Source of the DNA: Mizuhopecten yessoensis
Taxonomy: Eukaryota
Length of the DNA stretch: 63,213 bases
Assembly: GCF_002113885.1 (NCBI RefSeq)
Contig: NW_018480063.1
Coordinates: 97,709 to 160,921 of the forward strand
Reading direction: 5' to 3'
Each line of letters begins with the position of its first letter. Position 1 is the first letter of the stretch. Below are positions 1-11,370 of the stretch, piece by piece. The notes below the pieces were generated by a model. It did no database searches. It saw nothing but the letters and a program-made list of their open reading frames with translations, and was not told the origin of the DNA. The translations under genes were made by a program, and so were the position numbers.

Positions 1-857
1 TTTTTTGAGAATATTATTCAAGAGATATCAAAGGAATGTCCTGAATTGTTAAAAACATTAACATGTGCTTTAGGCAACAAGATAAAGTTTGAGTCTAAGA
101 TTGCCACCATTTCAACAATCTATGGCATGATACTACATAGCAGAAACAACCAGGTGTCGGGGATACAGAGGCTGTATACAACAATGGCAGTGAGGTACCA
201 TGCAGATAATAAGGTATACATGTTATTCTAGTTGTTCAACAATAAACAGTTCTCTGTTTAAGATGGGAATTGCAAGACATTGATTACCATTGTCTACAAT
301 GGTTATCTTAATCATCAGAATTTCAGGATTAGTAAAAAAAATGTTATTAATATCATAATATGCTAGAATTCAAAATTAATTTACAAAAATATAATCTTTT
401 GAGACATGTTTTAAAATTAATCTAAAATTGTCATTTACAAACCAACAAAGGTTATTTTAAAAACAATAAATAAATATTCAAATCTAGCTATTAACAACCA
501 ACAATTTATTATGAATTTATAGATACCTAAAGAAAATTAATAAGGTTGGTTGATTAGGAGTAATGAAGTCTTGGAATTCTTTTGAAAGTGTTATGTTTAT
601 GTTTATTTTGTTTGATGAAAAAAAATAATATACAATTAGTGTATCAATATTATAACTATCAGTTATACTGATATATATTGAATTTAATCATAGTAATATA
701 AATGATTATATTAGACTACATGTGAAATTTATTATAGCTCTCTTCCTGAATGTGTGATTATCATGATTTTGTTTCAAAGTCAGTGCCTAAATTAAAAGTT
801 AAATCCAGTGATATGCTGTTTATTATTGATCCACTATTCAGGTTAATTGTTCACTTT

Positions 858-1178
858 ACCGGTGCGGTGGCTCATAGGTAGAGCATTCATCCCATGATCC
901 AGTAGGCACAGGCTTGATTCTCAGCCACATCAATCCCATGACATTAAAATTAGGCAATCTTTTCGCTCCCTGCTAAGTGTTCAACATTACTGGGTAAGAA
1001 GAGGACTGTTTGGCTCGGTGTCAGGATAGTTTGATGAGTGAAGTATATATCATGTCAGTGTGTCTGCAATGTGATATTTCAGTGAGACAGCACTGTAAAG
1101 TTGCCATCAGTGCAGACATCATCTTGATATGACCTAGACATGAGTTGAAGGGATGTTAAACCCCAATGAAACAAAACA
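858..1178 (+). mobile_element. tRNA-derived SINE, MetaSINE-like core
   Basis: A-box-like GGTGGCTCATAGGTAGAGC head; core GGACTGTTTGGCTCGGTGTCAGGAT...TTTCAGTGAGACAGCACT; tail GATGTTAAACCCC followed by an A-rich run. Homologous to the - strand copy near 40.4 kb. Confidence 0.6.
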
Positions 1179-2010
1179 CACACTATTGTTTACTTTTCAT
1201 GACAGTACTTGTATGTACCAGACTGAATACAATATGTTCATTTGATGTTTATATATATAACCATTATATAAACAGAAGGGTGAACAGTTTAAATCAAATC
1301 AAATCATTATACTGAAGTTAAGGACTTATCATTTTCAGATTATTATAAGAGTTTCTTTAGCAGAATGTCAATATATAATGGAATGCTGCTTTTGGGACTA
1401 TATATATATATACCTAAACTTGTCCACACTGATGGAATTACTTCTTTGCCCCATATATATATATATATATAGTGCTGATCTAGATGGACATCAGATTGTT
1501 AAATACTAACAGATTATTTTGAAGTTTTTGTTCAAAGAATTCCTATGTATCGGTGTCACCGGTATATGTAATATATTTAATAAACACAAATTTGCATGTA
1601 TGCGTGTGTGTGTGAATCTATATATCAATTCATATACAGATAATCATATCCCCAGATTATTAGTTTTTTAATTGGGTTTACATTAGTTTTTGACTACATT
1701 GTGTGCAATAATATATTGACTTTACTACTAGCATACAATTAAAACATCAATATTTCTGTGATGTGACTAGATCTTGGTCCTCTGGCTCCATGCACAGTGC
1801 CATGTGTACACTCTAGGGTAAAAGTTCAACATATACGCATTGTTCAATCAGGTCAGCACTTCACAGCCCATGGGCCTTTTGTTATTACATGTCTACTAAC
1901 AAACTTTTGTTGATGTTTAATCTGTTGTGTTCAGTTTGTTTTATTTTATTTTATTTTACAGTATGACAGAAACTCTGTTTTCCCTTGCTTATATGCTTTC
2001 AGCTTTGAGT

Positions 2011-2398
2011 AAGTATATGTATATATCTTATGGTTTAATGAAAATTTATAGATATTTATAAGGTGACAAAAAATCAAAGTGAAATGATCATAAGTGGAGA
2101 TAACATTTATGGCTTTTTGTTTTTATCTACATGATTATTTATACATATTGACAATAGGTTAAGTCATAAAGATAAATCATGGCTTTTATAAATGAAATCT
2201 CAAAGTATATGTATATATTTTATGGTTTAATGAAAATTTATAGATATTAATAAGGTGATAAAAATTCAAAGTGAAATGATCATAAGTGGAGATAACATTT
2301 ATGGATTTTTGTTTTTATCTACATGATTGTTTATACATATTGACAAGAGGTTAAGTCAAAGATAAATCATGGTTTTTATAAATGAAATCTCAAAGTAT
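2011..2398. repeat. Tandem duplication, 2 x ~194 bp, inside a transposase intron
   Basis: AGTATATGTATATAT...AATGAAATCTCAAAGTAT occurs twice, near-identical. Confidence 0.85.
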
Positions 2399-2909
2399 CA
2401 AAATTTCATGTAACAATTGTGATTAACTGCAATACTGAGTTAAAATGTAGTGCTATCAATTTAAGATGTAAACATATCATTTATTTCTCAACAGCTACTG
2501 ACTCGACTGAACAAGATCCATCTTACTTTAACAGAGGATTCCAAACGAAACATCATTAAAAGCTTTGGTAAAGAAAGTGAGAGTCATCTTATTCAGGAGT
2601 TGGCACAAGGTCATGATGGAAAACTAAACGGTGACAACTTGGATATCAGAGTGCAAACAAATGATATAAGGATGACTAACCATGATAAAGATTATCATTT
2701 CTTTGCCAGTGACTTTACTTTAGATCGTGTAAATCTGAAAGAACTCAACTCCGATATTCCTCACATTGACGATGTGCCCGTCCAAAGTTTTATTCCTAGT
2801 GACAAGGAAACAGACCTCTTCAAGGTAACTCTCAAACTACTACTGGCAAAGGAAATGATGACTCTGCCAGGGTTTCATTGGATGAAGAGCATTGTTCCTA
2901 ATCACATAN

Positions 2910-4090
2910 ATTCCCAACAGGATTGGCACATCCTGATGCCTCACATTTACATTCAAACATGCAAATCTGCCCAGACTTATAACATTTGCATCTTGATGTG
3001 CTGCATTTTGTAGTGCATCCACATGCAACCAACTGCAAACAGGAGACAGGTACCGAGGGTTTGCTCATCCAAACTGGTTTCAGTACACACGACTCTATAA
3101 CCCCACAGCCTATATTTGTTGGATCCTCTGGCTCGAAATCTGCATCAGCTGCTTTCCTCCAGATCATTGCTTGATAAGCTGCTCTCTTAACGTGTAACGC
3201 GAATGCATCTTTAGTTGGCGGAAGCAGCTCTAAAGACTTCCTGGCTTTTAAGAATAGTCGGTATCGGCAGAAATCAATACTGGGTTCATGGGTTTCGGGA
3301 TTGCATCCATAAAGACCACATATGCATTTCTCAACATTACCGAGGCCATCGTGGCCAATAGGAGATAGAAGAACAGGGTCTTCACAAAACATTTTCCAAC
3401 ATGCATTTTTACCTATTCCCGAAAAGGAAGACGTGGTGTCGCATCCTGTCAGAGCGTGAAATGCGAGAATGTTTGCTTTTACATCAGCAGTTAATTTCTG
3501 CGATATAACATGTACCGGAAAGCACCTCTTGTTCTTTGATGTTCCAGACACCATCCATGTTTCAATTTCGCAGCCCAAATGGTAGATTAGTAGGAGCAAA
3601 ACATCTGTATCACGACACTGAACAACCACTCGTTCATATCCCCTTGTAATTGCATCCTTTGCATGAATCACAATCCGCGTATCGGCTTCTTCTTGTTGAA
3701 CGGACAAGTGGTCGGCATTGACCAAAAGAGATGAACAGGCGCCATGTGCATGTTGTAACAATTCAGCAGTTTGGACAGATCGTCCCGAGTTTGCGGCATT
3801 GAAAAGCCGCTGTAGCAACTTCCTGTCGGCCCTTATTAGCTTCGTCATTTTCTGCCTATCGGGTGTAGTTTTTTTGTACAAATCAGAGAATGTCTTTGAT
3901 TTGACCCTTTTAATTGGTGCGATAAATTCCACCGTTTTCTCCTTCAGTCGGTTAACTGCAAATTCTACAACTAATTGTCGACCCCTTTTTTCACAAGTCA
4001 ACAGATCGGAAGTGATTTCGTCTGAAGCAACGTCTTTTGTTGCTACAGATACCAGTTTTGTTTCATCATTAGATTCGGGAGTTTGTTGTT
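2910..4090 (-). pseudogene. C-terminal half of an AcademX protein: XPG/FEN1 (PIN-like) nuclease + Cys-rich (CXC-like) Zn-binding tail
   Basis: Motifs QEEADTRIVIHA, RDTDVLLLL, FHALTGCDTTSSFSGIGK, LPPTKDAFALHVKRA and CGCTTKCSTSRCKCYKSGQICMFECKC. The N-terminal DDE portion is missing. Confidence 0.8.
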
Positions 4091-5062
4091 AGACCAAAGA
4101 TCAAGAGAAGCAATAACTTTCATTTGCTCTTTAACAAGATTTTCTTGAACGTTGATACGCGTAGGTTGAGGAGCGTCAGCTTATTGTCGATCATCATTAT
4201 TATGATTACATTATAACAATTATCTTGAAAATTAGCGAACAGTAGTACTTAACATGTAAACATAGATCTAAAGGAAGGGAAGTAATCGTTGTATTTTTTA
4301 TCCCCATAATGAATCATTAGAAACTGGTTTTGGTTATAGTTCATATTTGTAATCGGGATAATTAAACTCACAAATATAATATGATAACTAGTACAACATC
4401 CGTTATGTGTCATTTCAAATTCAACTGACCCTGGAAGGCTGTTTTACTATAAAGTATTTGATGTATTGTAAACATGTCTAACCATAATGTCAGACATCTT
4501 ACTATAAATACAACCAAAACATTGTATATACCTGTGTTTCTTTGTGTTGTGGTTCAATTTTAATACCGAAATATTATATAGAATGGATCGAAAGACATAC
4601 CTGTTCATGGCAAATACCCATATAAATCGCATGTAAACATGCCCTGCGCTTTTGGTAAACATAATGGTAAATGGCTAATTTGGATGTAAGGGAGGTAACT
4701 ATCGATAAATACGTATCTAGCTCACACTAAGTGTGCTTGATTTATATGTTATATGTAAATAATAATTTTGTTTTGAGATGTGCTATGTTTCTTTATAGAT
4801 CGAGTAATGTAAAAACACACAGTAAAAGGGTTCAGATTGAAAAATCAACCCTATGTGGTTATTACAGCAAAAATAAAGAAAAAATGCACCCGTTGACCTT
4901 TGACCTCATTTTTTAGCCTTATTTCAGCCTTAAGAGGCGACAGCCGGTCTGAATGATCCACCTAGATATCATACAAGACATTGGTGGTAAAAGTTTTGCA
5001 TTAACAAATTTTGCCAACAGAACCATTTTCCAGGCCTCTTTTCTGAGATCCGAGGCAGACTA
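2910..5062 (-). mobile_element. AcademX-type DNA transposon, internally deleted, nested in the AcademH transposase gene
   Basis: Terminus 5'-TAGTCTGCCTCGG on the - strand at 5062. Contains an XPG/FEN-like ORF. The other end is lost at the single-N join at 2909. Confidence 0.7.
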
Positions 5063-8000
5063 ATTGTAATTGACAATCATTTGTAATTTGGAATGAATTG
5101 GGCATTACTTATTACACCCAAGTATTCCTTTATTATTTAATGGTAACTCACATGAATTAACCTTATATATGATAGTCAACTTACTTAGATAAGTTAAGGA
5201 TTAGATCACAATGATTGTACATAAATTGTGTTTTGTAGGAGCTGAATTGAACAATCTACAAATCCCTGTTGGAGGTGACCAGCTCACAAGAGTTCGTTTG
5301 CAAGGTGCTAAGGGTTTACGAGCTGGAGCACACACTGCAGCACAGAGATTTGAACGACTGTACCCAGTAGTGGTAGAAATGTTTCATGTACTTCAGGATT
5401 TTCTGGAGGTACGTATATGTACACTCTTTGATTGAATGAGGAAAAAAGTTGCTATGATATTTTATATTTCATCTATATCAGCCTTAACAAGAACACTGAA
5501 TGATATTTTTTTATTATCCCAGAAAATAGCAAAGAGTACTGGAGATGGGGCCCCAGCTTTCTCCTTTACAATATTGATATGATCATAACCATAACAGTAT
5601 ATTATCTTATATATGTGTTCATATATTTACAAAGACACATACATATTACTACTTAGACTTATGAATACCTTATCCATATCTTAAAGTTAATCATCCTGTC
5701 TGTATATTACTATTTCAAATTAAACATAACATGTCTAACACATTACTTATACTATAAGAAGGAATACAAAAGGCCATAGGAAAACAGAAATATATATGTA
5801 ATGATAGTGATTATTTATATTTATATAGATGATTTAAGTTGATTAAACAATCACTGAATGTGAAGAGAGAAAAAATACATGAAACATACCATATCCATAT
5901 CCACATATATGTTGGTGGTCCTCAACTTATGTACATGTACAACTGTGTGTAAAATATCTGTTTTACCAACCCTGTACATCTTTGTTATTCACATTGGCAT
6001 ATGTTACCTGACATAATTCTGCACCACTTATGTGTATCAGGGTCTGATCCTCAGCTTATGTAAAGAAATTTTGTTTTGAAAATTTCAATTTTTATTATTA
6101 CAGAAGATGTGCAAGAAATTCCTGAATTTGTCCAAAGGTAGGGATGCAGGAACTTTAGCCAGTTTGAAAGTACAGATTCAGCGAACAAATGTTAATGGGA
6201 AAGTCAAGAGTCGTTTCAAGGTAAAACAAAATAAAACATAATGACTGAGGTTAAGCTGTCCATTAGATCAGAGATCATCATACATATACATGTACATGTA
6301 TGCACTTCTATCTGTAAATTTGGATAGTTCTTCAAATTTTCTACTCTTATGATAATGAATCGGAACATATTTGTATCTTTGGGTATGTGAAGAGACCTTT
6401 AGGGATTTGAACTTTTGTGCGAGGTAACATCTAGGGCAGTGCAGTGTACCATAATTAGGTCACTGTGACCTACTTTCTCAGAACTATAACATAGTAAAGT
6501 AAAACCTTGTTTGGCTCATATCTCCTACAGTACTTAATCTAGGATCATCATACCTTACCTAATAGAGCATGTAGGAGAGAAGTGTATGCTAAATTAGGTC
6601 ACTAACCTACTATTTTAAAATCATGAAATAGATGTCACAGTTATATGAATATGCTATTTAGTTTGTGACAGAAACTTTAAGGGTTTAAGTTTATGTACGT
6701 ACAATGGGATTACTCTTGTTTACATTTTTTATTAAATTTTGTCTATTTCTTTACTGCAGGGTCATGAAGACTTTGTGTTGACTTGAGGAAACAGTTACTT
6801 CATGGCATACTTACTGAAAAATTTTAGCATGGACAGTGTAGAAGGGAAGCCAGTACATCCTGCTATTTCCGAGAACATCAACAACTTTGTCAATGCCAAA
6901 AAATTGGAAGTTTTCAACAAAATTATGGATGAAGTTGTAGGAGAAATATTTATACCATTTCAATTGGCGAGTACATGTTCATCTTTTTGTTATAAGTAAA
7001 AATAAATTCAGTAAAATATACATTTAAAGTTAAGTATGTCAGTTTCATTTCACAAAACAAAATTAACCTTTGCTTGCTTAATCTTAAAAAAATGTAGAAT
7101 GGATACACTACTCAAGTGACTGAAATAGATTATAACTGGAGGGTCAGCACCCTGTGCAAGGAATTAATACTATCATGTCTGCTCATCAACCTGTATTATT
7201 CTCATGTCTAGATGGTACCTACTGAATGGAAGAACATAAAAAGTATAGAAGTTATAAGATAAACACATCCTTTTTTGGGGTGTCTCCCTTGGTTAATAAA
7301 TAATGTTTATTTGTTTTTGTTGTGTCAATTTTTAACTCACTATTAAAAAAGAAATATGAAATAAGTTTTATAATTCATTTATATTTTCAGGGGCCACAAG
7401 ATGATGATGTACAGATTACTGTGACAGCTCTAACACAACCACCATCAATTTTCACAACAAAGTCACCCTTGATTGACAATGATACTGTCAATGTTATTTT
7501 AGACATTAGTGGAAAGAAGATTATTGTGTCACTGAAATTGAATACCGTTCGTCATGGATGTGTTATCAATATTCCAGGAGTGTCAGTACCAATGAAGTTT
7601 GAACTATTCAAACCATGTGTCATCAATGATGACCTGAACAATTATGTGGTGAATTTTATGCAGTGGTACTTTGTTATTCTTCAAATGAAAGACGCTTTGC
7701 ATGAGGGTGATATAGACAGAATAAATATAATTTTGAAACAAATGATACCTTTTTCTACAGTCACTCTTACCTGTCAAAATATCTTACTGAATGTATAGAT
7801 TACATTTTAAAAACTGAACACATTCTGTCACCAAGGATGTCAATGAAAGTAAGAGCAGCTTCTATTGTCAATCCTACTGGTGGTATTGGAAAAAACAAAG
7901 CAGCTGACTTGCACAAGGAAAATGAAGTTAAGTTTTTAAAAGAACTTATCCGTGGTCTAGGAGCAAACAAAACCGAGCAAGCTATTGTTAATGTTACCAA

Positions 8001-8525
8001 AGCAGCACCTGTAATACAAAGTGTCTGTGATATGTTTGACAAGCAAACAAAAATTAAGACTGTGAAGACCAGTCATAAGGTTCGTAGAAGATCCGATGAC
8101 ACAACAAGTTTGTTATCAAAATTGCAGAAACTGGACATTTGGACAATTCACGATGGACGTAAACTGCAGCAGAAAGTGATGCACTCTCCTTTTGAATTTG
8201 TCAGGGGACTGTGAAAAGGTTGTTAAGAAATCTGCCTCCTATTATTGTTGATGATTCAGACAGTTCAGCTGATAATTCTGACCTTGAAAATGAGTGATGT
8301 AAACCACAGAAATTGTACTTACAAAATTAGAATGATTTAAATGAGACTGATACTTTCATTTTTAAAACATAATGTTGAACATTTATTGTTAATGAATTTA
8401 AAATCAGTTGTCAAGTTAATGTTTGCTATCAATGCAGATGTTCTCTATGTATATACAACTTATTTGCCTGTCAATGAATTACTTTTGTTTAATATTAGTT
8501 TCCCTTAAAGACAACATGGATTTGT

Positions 8526-10237
8526 TCAGTCCTGTTTTGTCTTATTACAATTACAGCAACAAACAGAAGGAGCCTTGTTGAATAGGACATTTTGAAATCC
8601 AAAATATTTCACCAGTATTTCACGTAAACAGGAAGATTCATGTTTACAATAATTGATCATATCATCAGACATTCAATATCATTGCGAGCCTTTGATATGT
8701 CACTGTTGTTGTAGTAGAGAAGGGCTTTGCTTGGCTGACCATTCCTACCAGCACGTCCAATTTCCTGCATGTAACTTTCCAGTGCTGATGGTGATCGACA
8801 GTGAATGATCTGTGAAATGGAGGGTGCATTCAATCCCATGCCCAAAGCCACTGTAGCCAATACAAGTCTAAGTGTTGGATTTTCTTTTGTTAACTCTGTG
8901 ACAATATGTCGTTTCATGTCATCAGTGTAATCTTTGTGGTATTGCCCAAATATTCTATTTTCTGGAATGTTTTCACCTCGATATTGTAAATCTTGTAGAT
9001 GGTAGGAAATGTAGTAATAACAATAGCTCAAAGCCTCTAAACTTCCCATGTAAACAATTGTGACAGGGAATCCTGCTAACTGTGTCTTTAGGTCTTCTGT
9101 AATAGGCCCAATTATTTGATCCAATTTTTCAAATTTATGTATGTTAGGCAGTCTTTTTTCCACCTGAAGGTAAATGTTTGGTCTATCCGGATTTGCAGAA
9201 ACCACATTAAGATGTTGATATTGCAGGATTTTACACAGGTCATTTATCTTTCTGTCTGTTGCTGTTGCAGTAAGTGCCAAGTGTGCAGCCTCAGGGAAAA
9301 TACATGTGATTTCACCCATTTTTTTAAAAGCTGGTCTGAAACTATCTCCCCTGTGGATGAAGTTTAATAAATTGATTTAGAATAGAAAAAGGAAATAGTT
9401 AGCATGTGATAATCAAAGGAATGTAGAGGTTTTTTAAGCTCACCTGAGCCCTTCATAACTCGCCTGTCAGCATTCATTTTTTAACATTTGACTTCTTCTC
9501 ATAAACTACTGGACCAATTTAATAAATTAATAAATAATTAACATCATTTTAAACATAACGTTTTCAAAAGCATACTTAAGTTAGCGTATTATATTAAATT
9601 TGTGTGTGATATGCACGTTATTGGTTTCCCCTTGCCTGTAAAATTATATATTCTGCCTAATATGTGTGTTTGTTATTTTTTCTCAACATTCTGAAATCAT
9701 ATGCACCTCATCTATGACAACTGCTTCAACCCTATCTTGATAGAGTTGAGATCTGAGTACTTTTGAAAAGGTTTTACTGTTCAGGAGAGATTCAGGGTGA
9801 GCATATATAAGGTGATAGTCTACATTCTTTATTTCCTGTATAGACACCGACTTTGGGAGATTTACATTGCATGCATCATCATCATCATCATCATCATCAT
9901 CATATGTAAACCCCTGTTGACCAGCAATATTAAGGAAGCATGCATTAATACCCCTAGCCCTTAGTGTATAAACTTGATCTTCCATAATAGAATTCAGCGG
10001 AGTTACTACTAAAACAATCGCCGGGTTGTCGAATTTCAGTTTCCTCTGCATTAGATACGGTATAAGCTGAAAAATCAAGCTTTTCCCATAACCAGTGGGA
10101 AGAACAGCTATGCAGTCTGTTCCATTGAAAACATTTTTAAGCGTTTCAATTTGTTTCTCTTTCAATACATGTGTAACCTGCAGCTTTTCTTTTGCATAAT
10201 CTAGACACGTGTTAAAATCCGCCATATTTGTTGACAT
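8526..10237 (-). pseudogene. RecQ-like SF2 helicase (AcademH cargo), two exons, disrupted
   Basis: Exon 10237-~9688 has motifs LPTGYGKS, VTPLNSIMEDQV and IDEVH. Exon 9350-8526 has GDSFRPAF, LTATA, ATVALGMGLN and QEIGRAGRNG, then a Cys-rich RQC-like tail (CLRE...CCCNC) reached only by a frameshift near 8665. The first splice donor reads TT instead of GT. Confidence 0.85.
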
Positions 10238-10717
10238 TAGAGACGCGGAAGTATGAGTGAGTTGGTCTTCCGGCGAAGGAAATGTAGCGATTTTGTACGT
10301 ATCAATCCGCCGGCATACATTCGAGGTATGATTCCGCGCCTAGCCGGAATTGGCCGAGAAGTTGCGATTGCGTTATGACGTAGGCCGGCGAGATTTTAGT
10401 CACGTGGCATTAGAAGGCGGAGCTATCAAAAAACTAGAGTAAAACAGAGTAAGTTTGAAAAAATATGTTTTTAGTAATTGCATTGGTTGTTTGAGGCAAG
10501 TAATTTATGTTCATCTTGTGCATAAAGAATAGATATTTCGATCCATGTGAGACATGTGTATGAAAGTGACGACTTGTTTCTAAAATATCAGTTTGAAGTG
10601 CGACCCGGGTGCGGGGCGCATATTTCCCGCATATTATAGAGGGCCGGAGTTCTGACGTTAATCGAAGACAGACCGATATAAAAAAAAGTCGATAAAACGT
10701 CAGAATAATTCGGACTA

Positions 10718-11370
10718 ACCCCACAGAGGTAGGATACGTATAGACCCCACAGAGGTAGGATACCTATTATAGTATAGACCCCTAAGAGATAGGATACTTA
10801 TAGAACCCCACAAAGGTAGGATACTTATAGATATACTTATTTAACATGTTTTAGTTTTATTTGTTTTTAATTGTTGTTTAGTTGATATTTAATGTGATAT
10901 GGGAGTAAGGCGCAAATCTCAGTATATACCAATGCATAGGCGGACGGGTAGCAGTCCATCCTGGTATAGCCTCCCTTGGTGCAACCGCCAAAGTAGATGT
11001 TATTTGCCAATTCCATATAGACCCCACAGAGGTAGGATACTTATAGACCCCCATAGAGGTAGGATACTTATAACACCCACAGAGGTAGGATAGTTATAGA
11101 CCCCTACAGAAGTAGGATACTTATAGACCCCCACAGAGGTAGAATACTTATAGACCCCCACAGGAGTAGGATACTTATAGATCCCCACAGAGGTAGGATA
11201 CGTATCGACCCCTACAGAGGTAGTATACGTATAGACCCCCATAGAGGTAGGATACTTATAGACCCCCACAGGAGTAGGATACTTATAGATCCCCACAGAG
11301 GTAGGATACGTATCGACCCCTACAGAGGTAGTATACGTATAGACCCCCACAGAGGTAGGATACTTAATTA
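10718..11370. repeat. 27-bp minisatellite (CCCCACAGAGGTAGGATACTTATAGAC)n in two blocks
   Basis: About 4 units at 10718-10830 and about 13 units at 11015-11370. The downstream flank (10831-10980) is repeated at 11372-11545. Confidence 0.9.

Larger units (their letters stand above)
1..8298 (+). pseudogene. AcademH-type DDE transposase (DUF6589-like), multi-exon, disrupted
   Basis: Inferred exons: 1-213, 2495-2908 (KLNGDNLDIRVQTNDIRMTNHDKDYHF), ~5240-5408 (IPVGGDQLTRVR), ~6104-6220, ~6760-6966 and ~7391-8298 (LHEGDIDR; KAADLHKENEVK). Defects: in-frame TGA near 6784, frameshifts near 7750 and 8200, and an insertion at 2910-5062. Confidence 0.75.
1..10717 (+). mobile_element. AcademH-type DNA transposon (transposase + convergent RecQ-like helicase), decayed; left end lies outside the window
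   Basis: A spliced + strand ORF with GDNLD / GDQLT / DLxxE motifs faces a - strand RecQ helicase, the known AcademH layout. The right end reads ...CGGACTA at 10717 (5'-TAGTCCG on the - strand), matching Academ TAG..CTA termini. Confidence 0.75.

Noticed and set aside
2910-4001. Host FEN1/XPG/EXO1 gene
   Set aside because: Its intronless fragment, LPPT motif, Cys-rich tail and TAGTC terminus fit an AcademX protein.
8526-10237. Host RecQ/BLM/WRN gene
   Set aside because: It has only the helicase core and Cys tail, is disrupted, and is paired with a transposase near a TE terminus.
10718-11370. CRISPR-like appearance of the 27-bp repeats, and the 127-aa repetitive ORF at 11000-11383
   Set aside because: The units are head-to-tail without unique spacers, the context is eukaryotic and there are no cas genes. 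The ORF is a by-product of a unit length divisible by 3.
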